The position numbers and the translations under genes were made by a program. Under the pieces are notes generated by a model. That model did not search any database. It was not told the origin of the DNA and was given only the letters and a program-made list of their open reading frames with translations. 64,000 bases of DNA, taken from Alphaproteobacteria bacterium. GTDB taxonomy: Bacteria; Pseudomonadota; Alphaproteobacteria; Bin95. This document shows, piece by piece, positions 59,294 through 64,000 of the stretch (the first letter of the stretch is position 1; every line of letters begins with the position of its first letter). The stretch covers positions 800,001 to 864,000 of the forward strand of contig CBDBGH010000003.1 in assembly GCA_965205265.1 (NCBI GenBank), in the 5' to 3' direction.

Positions 59294-61717
59294 ATGATGG
59301 AACTCCTGCAATATATCGACCGACGCCCGGAGCCCGGCGAAGCGCTGGCGCTTGCCGGTTGCGGCGACCTCGAAGGCCTGATGGATGCCGCGTCGCAGTT
59401 GCGCGACCGGCTGCACGGGTCGCGCATCAGCTATTCGCGCAAGGTGTTCATCCCGCTGACGCATCTCTGTCGCGACGTCTGCCACTACTGCACCTTCGCC
59501 AAGCCGCCGCGCCGGGGCGAGAGCGCCTATATGACGCCGGAGCAGGTGCTCGAGGTCGCGAGGGCGGGTGCTGCGGCCGGTTGCAAGGAAGCGCTGTTCA
59601 CCTTGGGCGACAAGCCGGAGCGGCGCTACCGCGCGGCGCGGGAGGCGCTCGCCGGACTCGGCTACGAAACGACGCTCGACTATCTGAAGGCCATGGCGCA
59701 ACTGGTCTTCGAAGAGACCGGCCTGCTGCCGCACCTCAATCCCGGCCTGATGACGGCCGACGAACTGGCGGGGCTGCGCGGCGTCTCGGCCTCGATGGGC
59801 ATCATGCTGGAAAGCGCCTCGGACCGGCTATGCGAAAAGGGCATGCCGCATTACGGCTCGCCGGACAAGCTGCCCGCGCGCCGCCTGGAGACCATCCGGC
59901 TCGCCGGCGAGGCGAAGGTGCCGTTCACCTCCGGCATCCTGATCGGCATCGGCGAAACGCGGCAGGAGCGCATCGAGGCGTTGCTGGCGCTGCGCGAGAT
60001 CGACGACGCGACAGGCGCGGTGCAGGAGATCATCGTTCAGAACTTCCGCGCCAAGCCGGACACGAAAATGGCCGATGCGCCGGAGCCCGGCCCGGACGAA
60101 CTGCTCTGGACCATCGCCGTCGCACGGCTGGTCTTCGGCCCGGCCGCCTCGATCCAGGCGCCGCCCAACCTGTCGCCCGGCGCGCTCGGCCCTATCGTGG
60201 CGGCGGGCATCGACGACTGGGGCGGCGTCTCGCCGGTGACGCCGGACTTCGTCAACCCGGAAGCGCCCTGGCCGCATCTGGAAGTGTTGGCGCGCGAAAC
60301 GGCCGCAGCCGGCAAGCAACTGGTCGAGCGGCTGACAGTCTATCCGCCCTATCTGAACGACGAGTGGCTGGCGCCGGCCATGCTGACGCGGGCGCTGCAG
60401 CTTTCCGATTCCGAGGGTCTGGCGCGGCCGGACGACTGGTCGCCGGGCGAGCTGACGGCGCCCGAGCCGATCCTGCGGCGGGGTGCTGCGAGCGCGGATG
60501 TCGCGGCGGTCCTTGCGGACGCCGAAGCGGGCGCGGCGCTGGACGAGGCCGCCATCGTGCGGCTGTTCCAGGCCCGCGACGACGACTTTCACGCCGTAAC
60601 GGAGGCCGCCGACCGGGTCCGGGAGCGGCTCGCGGGCGATACCGTCACCTATGTGGTGAACCGCAACATCAACTACACCAATGTCTGCTACTTCAAATGC
60701 CAGTTCTGCGCGTTCTCGAAGGGCAGGCTCTCCGAGAACCTGCGCGGCCGCCCCTACGACTTGGACCTCGATGAAATCCGCCGCCGCGTCTCCGAGGCCT
60801 GGGATCGGGGCGCGACCGAAGTCTGCATGCAGGGCGGCATCCACCCGGACTACACGGGCCGGACCTATCTCGACATTCTGGATGCGGTGAAGTCGGCGGC
60901 GCCCGATATCCATGTCCACGCCTTCACGCCGCTCGAAGTGTTCCAGGGCGCGCACACGCTCGGCGTCCCGGTCGAATCCTTCCTGCGCGACCTGAAGGCC
61001 GCCGGCCTCGGCACCCTGCCGGGCACGGCGGCGGAAGTGCTGGACGACGAGGTGCGCCGGATCATCTGCCCGGACAAGATCGACACGCAGCAATGGCTGG
61101 ATGTCATGGAGACCGCGCACGGCCTCGGCATCCGGTCCACGGCGACGATCATGTACGGCCATGTCGAGCGGCCGGTCCACTGGGCCCGCCACCTGCTCCG
61201 CTTGCGCGCTCTCCAGGCGCGTACGGGCGGCTTTACCGAATTCGTGCCGCTGCCCTTCGTTCACATGGAGGCGCCGATCTACCTGAAGGGCCGGGCGCGC
61301 AAGGGGCCGACCTTCCGCGAGGCGGTGTTGATGCATGCCGTCGCGCGCCTCGCGCTGGCGCCCCATTTCGTCAATATCCAGACCTCCTGGGTCAAGATGG
61401 GGCCGGACGGCATTGCGGCGGCGCTGGCGGCCGGCGCGAACGACCTAGGCGGCACCTTGATGAACGAGAGCATCACCCGCGCCGCCGGCACGGTCCACGG
61501 GCAGGAAATGGCCCCGCACCGCATGGAAGAGACCATCCGCGCGGCCGGGCGCCGGCCGGTGCAGCGAACCACGGATTACGGCCGTCCGCCGGAAAGGCAG
61601 GTCCTGCGCTCCCGCCAGGCCGCCCCGCTCGCCGATGTGGTGGAAACGCCCGCCCGCAAATACGAACGCGCCGCCCCCCGCGTCCTTTACCGACCGGGTT
61701 TGACCGCGGCGGAGTAG
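59294..61717 (+). CDS. fbiC: FO synthase, fused CofG-CofH (F420 chromophore biosynthesis)
   Basis: Two radical SAM motifs (CRDVCHYC, CYFKCQFC); CofG motifs YSRKVFIPLT and QAPPNL; CofH motifs NRNINYTN, PGTAAE, GGTLMNESI. Confidence 0.93.
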   Translation: MMELLQYIDRRPEPGEALALAGCGDLEGLMDAASQLRDRLHGSRISYSRKVFIPLTHLCRDVCHYCTFAKPPRRGESAYMTPEQVLEVARAGAAAGCKEALFTLGDKPERRYRAAREALAGLGYETTLDYLKAMAQLVFEETGLLPHLNPGLMTADELAGLRGVSASMGIMLESASDRLCEKGMPHYGSPDKLPARRLETIRLAGEAKVPFTSGILIGIGETRQERIEALLALREIDDATGAVQEIIVQNFRAKPDTKMADAPEPGPDELLWTIAVARLVFGPAASIQAPPNLSPGALGPIVAAGIDDWGGVSPVTPDFVNPEAPWPHLEVLARETAAAGKQLVERLTVYPPYLNDEWLAPAMLTRALQLSDSEGLARPDDWSPGELTAPEPILRRGAASADVAAVLADAEAGAALDEAAIVRLFQARDDDFHAVTEAADRVRERLAGDTVTYVVNRNINYTNVCYFKCQFCAFSKGRLSENLRGRPYDLDLDEIRRRVSEAWDRGATEVCMQGGIHPDYTGRTYLDILDAVKSAAPDIHVHAFTPLEVFQGAHTLGVPVESFLRDLKAAGLGTLPGTAAEVLDDEVRRIICPDKIDTQQWLDVMETAHGLGIRSTATIMYGHVERPVHWARHLLRLRALQARTGGFTEFVPLPFVHMEAPIYLKGRARKGPTFREAVLMHAVARLALAPHFVNIQTSWVKMGPDGIAAALAAGANDLGGTLMNESITRAAGTVHGQEMAPHRMEETIRAAGRRPVQRTTDYGRPPERQVLRSRQAAPLADVVETPARKYERAAPRVLYRPGLTAAE

Positions 61718-61750
61718 GCGAGACCGCGTCCCCGATCGGGGAATGCGTCT

Positions 61751-62080
61751 TTAGCTGAGCAACTCCACCGGCTCGTCGAGCGGGTGGCGGCCTTCGCGGT
61801 CTTCTATTTCGAGCACCCAGATGTCGGGGTCGCGGGCGGTTTCGCGGGCGATTTCCTCGTCGGCCTCGGCCTCGGGGCCCGGCGGGCGGGCGAGCCAGCG
61901 GCGATGGTCGCCGTCGGTCCAGGCCGGGCGGAGGAGTTGGGCGGTGCCGTCGAGGCGGTTGAGCTTCAGCAGCACCGCGCCCGCCCCGTCGAAGCCGCGC
62001 CGCGCCACCTGTGCCGCGCAGCCCCGGACCGAAGCCGCGCGGATGCAGGCCTGGATATAGACGCGGGGCGTCAGCGCCAA
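61751..62080 (-). CDS. DUF1491 family protein
   Basis: V.RRG...AGAVLLKLNRLDG...DPDIWVLEIEDREGRH. Confidence 0.8.
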   Translation of the reverse strand: MALTPRVYIQACIRAASVRGCAAQVARRGFDGAGAVLLKLNRLDGTAQLLRPAWTDGDHRRWLARPPGPEAEADEEIARETARDPDIWVLEIEDREGRHPLDEPVELLS

Positions 62081-62094
62081 GGCGGCACCGGAGC

Positions 62095-62970
62095 TCAGGC
62101 GTGGCCGGGCACGATGTGCCGGGCGGGAGACGGCCGGAAGGTCGCGCGCTTCAGCCAGCGGTTTTGCGCCGGGTCGAAATCGTCGCGCTTGTGCAGGAGG
62201 AAGCCGTTATCCCAGAGCACGGTGTCGCCGACCTGCCAGCGGTGCCGGTAGACGAAGCGCGGCTCGGTCGCATGCGCGATCAACCGGTCGAGCAGGGCGC
62301 GGCCCTCTTCCGCCTCCATGCCCTCGATACCGGACATGGTGCCGGGATCGAGATAGAGCGCCTTGCGGCCGGTCACGGGATGGGTGTGCACCAGCGGATG
62401 GGTGACATCCGGCGTGCGCCGGCGGATTTCCTCCTCGGCCATCTTGTCGATCTCGCCATAGCCGGCCACCCGCACGGCGTAGCTGAAGACGCCGCGCCTG
62501 CCGTCGATCCGGGCCTTCGTGTCGTCGTCGAGAGCCGCATAGGCGGCTTCCAGGTTCGCCCAGCTTGTCGGCGCCTGCCCGGCCCGGGACTCGACGCAGT
62601 AGAGCAGCGAGCCGGTCGCCGGATCGGTCATGTAGGACTGGTCGGAATGCCAGGCGAGCTCGCCCTGGCCGATGCCCCCGATGGTGTCGCCGCCGGGGCT
62701 GCGCATGTTGGAGATATAGGTGATCTCCGGCTGGTATTTCGACGCCCAGTCCTCGCGCACGATCAGCTCCAGCGCGCCGAACCAGGAGGCGGCCTCCGCA
62801 ATTTCGGCCTCGGAGAGCGCCTGCCGGCGGAACACCAGCACGCCGTGTTCGGCAAGCGCCAGATCGAGCGCTTCCCGCGTCTTCTCGTCCTGCGGCTCGT
62901 GAAGGGCGATGCCCTCCACGAGTCTCGCAAAGCCGCCGTCGGCAGGCGTGAGTTTCAGCATGGCCGTCAA
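62095..62970 (-). CDS. TauD/TfdA family dioxygenase
   Basis: WHSD, HPLVHTHPVTGRKALY, HRWQVGD..LWDN..LLH.R. Confidence 0.9.
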   Translation of the reverse strand: MTAMLKLTPADGGFARLVEGIALHEPQDEKTREALDLALAEHGVLVFRRQALSEAEIAEAASWFGALELIVREDWASKYQPEITYISNMRSPGGDTIGGIGQGELAWHSDQSYMTDPATGSLLYCVESRAGQAPTSWANLEAAYAALDDDTKARIDGRRGVFSYAVRVAGYGEIDKMAEEEIRRRTPDVTHPLVHTHPVTGRKALYLDPGTMSGIEGMEAEEGRALLDRLIAHATEPRFVYRHRWQVGDTVLWDNGFLLHKRDDFDPAQNRWLKRATFRPSPARHIVPGHA

Positions 62971-63908
62971 AGCTCCTTCAACAGCGCCTCGATATCGTCC
63001 GGACCCTCCACCGCGACGCCCGACATCTCCCTGTCGATACGCCTGACCAGCCCGGAGAGCACCTTGCCCGAGCCCAGCTCGACCACCCGGTCCACGTCAT
63101 TGTCGCGCATGAACGTCATGCTTTCCCGCCAGCGGACCGTCGCCGTGACCTGGCGCACCAGCAGGTTGGGCAGGTCCGCGGCGCTCTCCACCGGCTGCGC
63201 CGTGACATTGGCGACCAGCGGCACCGAGGGATCCTGCATGGCGACGGAATCGAGCGCCTCCGCCATGGCGTCGGCGGCGGGCTGGAGCAGCGAGCAGTGG
63301 AAGGGGGCGCTCACATCCAGCAGGATCGCCCGGCGCGCGCCCCGCGCCTTCGCCAGCTCCACCGCGCGTTCGACGGCGGCGCGGTCGCCGCTCACCACGA
63401 CCTGGCCGGGGGCGTTGTCATTGGCCGGGTCGCAGACCTCGCCCTCCGCGGCTTCGCGCGCGACCTCCGCTACCTGCTCGAAATCGAGGCCGAGCAGCGC
63501 GGCCATGGCGCCGGCGCCGACGGGCACCGCGCCCTGCATCGCCTGTCCGCGCAATTTCAGAAGCCTGGCGGTATCGGCAAGCCGGAAGCCGCCGGCCGCC
63601 GTCAAGGCCGAATATTCTCCGAGCGAGTGCCCCGCCAGATAGAGACAGGAGGCGGGCAGCGAAACGCCGCCTTCGCGCTCCAGCACCCTGAACACCGCCA
63701 TGCTGTGCGCCATCAGCGCCGGCTGCGCGTTCTCGGTCAGGGTGAGTTCGTCGCCGGGGCCTTCGAACATCAGGCGCGAGAGGCTCTGCCCGAGGGCGTC
63801 ATCGACCTCCTCGAAAACCTCGCGCGCCGCCGCCGAGGCCTCCGCCAGCGCGCTGCCCATTCCGACCGCCTGCGATCCCTGTCCCGGAAAGACGAAAGCT
63901 CGTGCCAC
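62967..63908 (-). CDS. fabD: Malonyl-CoA:ACP transacylase
   Basis: FPGQGSQ, GHSLGEY, VSAPFH, ELGSGKVL. Confidence 0.97.
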   Translation of the reverse strand: MARAFVFPGQGSQAVGMGSALAEASAAAREVFEEVDDALGQSLSRLMFEGPGDELTLTENAQPALMAHSMAVFRVLEREGGVSLPASCLYLAGHSLGEYSALTAAGGFRLADTARLLKLRGQAMQGAVPVGAGAMAALLGLDFEQVAEVAREAAEGEVCDPANDNAPGQVVVSGDRAAVERAVELAKARGARRAILLDVSAPFHCSLLQPAADAMAEALDSVAMQDPSVPLVANVTAQPVESAADLPNLLVRQVTATVRWRESMTFMRDNDVDRVVELGSGKVLSGLVRRIDREMSGVAVEGPDDIEALLKEL

Positions 63909-64000
63909 GGCCCCCTCCCGATGCCTCTTCGCGCGAGAGCAATCAAGGCGCGGGGGCGGGGGCTGTCAAGGGCGCATTCCGGCAGCTTGCGCGCATTGCG

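Noticed and set aside
1-64000. tRNA/rRNA genes, integrase, reverse transcriptase or known defence systems
   Set aside because: None recognisable in this window.

Overview
High-GC alphaproteobacterial chromosomal window. The taxon is inferred from fxsA/secB/Tim44, DUF1491, Fur/Mur and the smo operon; the Calx-beta adhesin, taurine ABC and many LLM/TauD enzymes suggest a marine or sponge-associated Rhodospirillales-like organism. Housekeeping genes (trmB, metK, aroC, fabI, secB, asd, Sua5/TsaC, cysQ, msrP, fabD) are interspersed with catabolic enzymes, a taurine ABC cluster and an FO synthase (fbiC). Four accessory structures stand out. (1) An IS1634-family element (11288-13203) is flanked by a 466-bp direct repeat that duplicates all of fxsA. 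(2) Two cargo regions, a 1661-aa adhesin/autotransporter (18.6-23.9 kb) and a polyol uptake cluster (40.6-50.8 kb), share one architecture: a ~450-bp non-coding element at one end and a 16-bp direct repeat CATGACATC(G/T)CATGAC at both ends, with the variable base matching within each region. This may be an undescribed integration/gene-capture platform. (3) A 7-bp tandem repeat currently holds the adhesin out of frame with its best start codon, suggesting phase variation; the adhesin also carries cysteine-less glutaredoxin-like repeats. (4) A MITE is inserted in a REP-like palindrome. All calls come from reading the sequence by eye; no searches were run.
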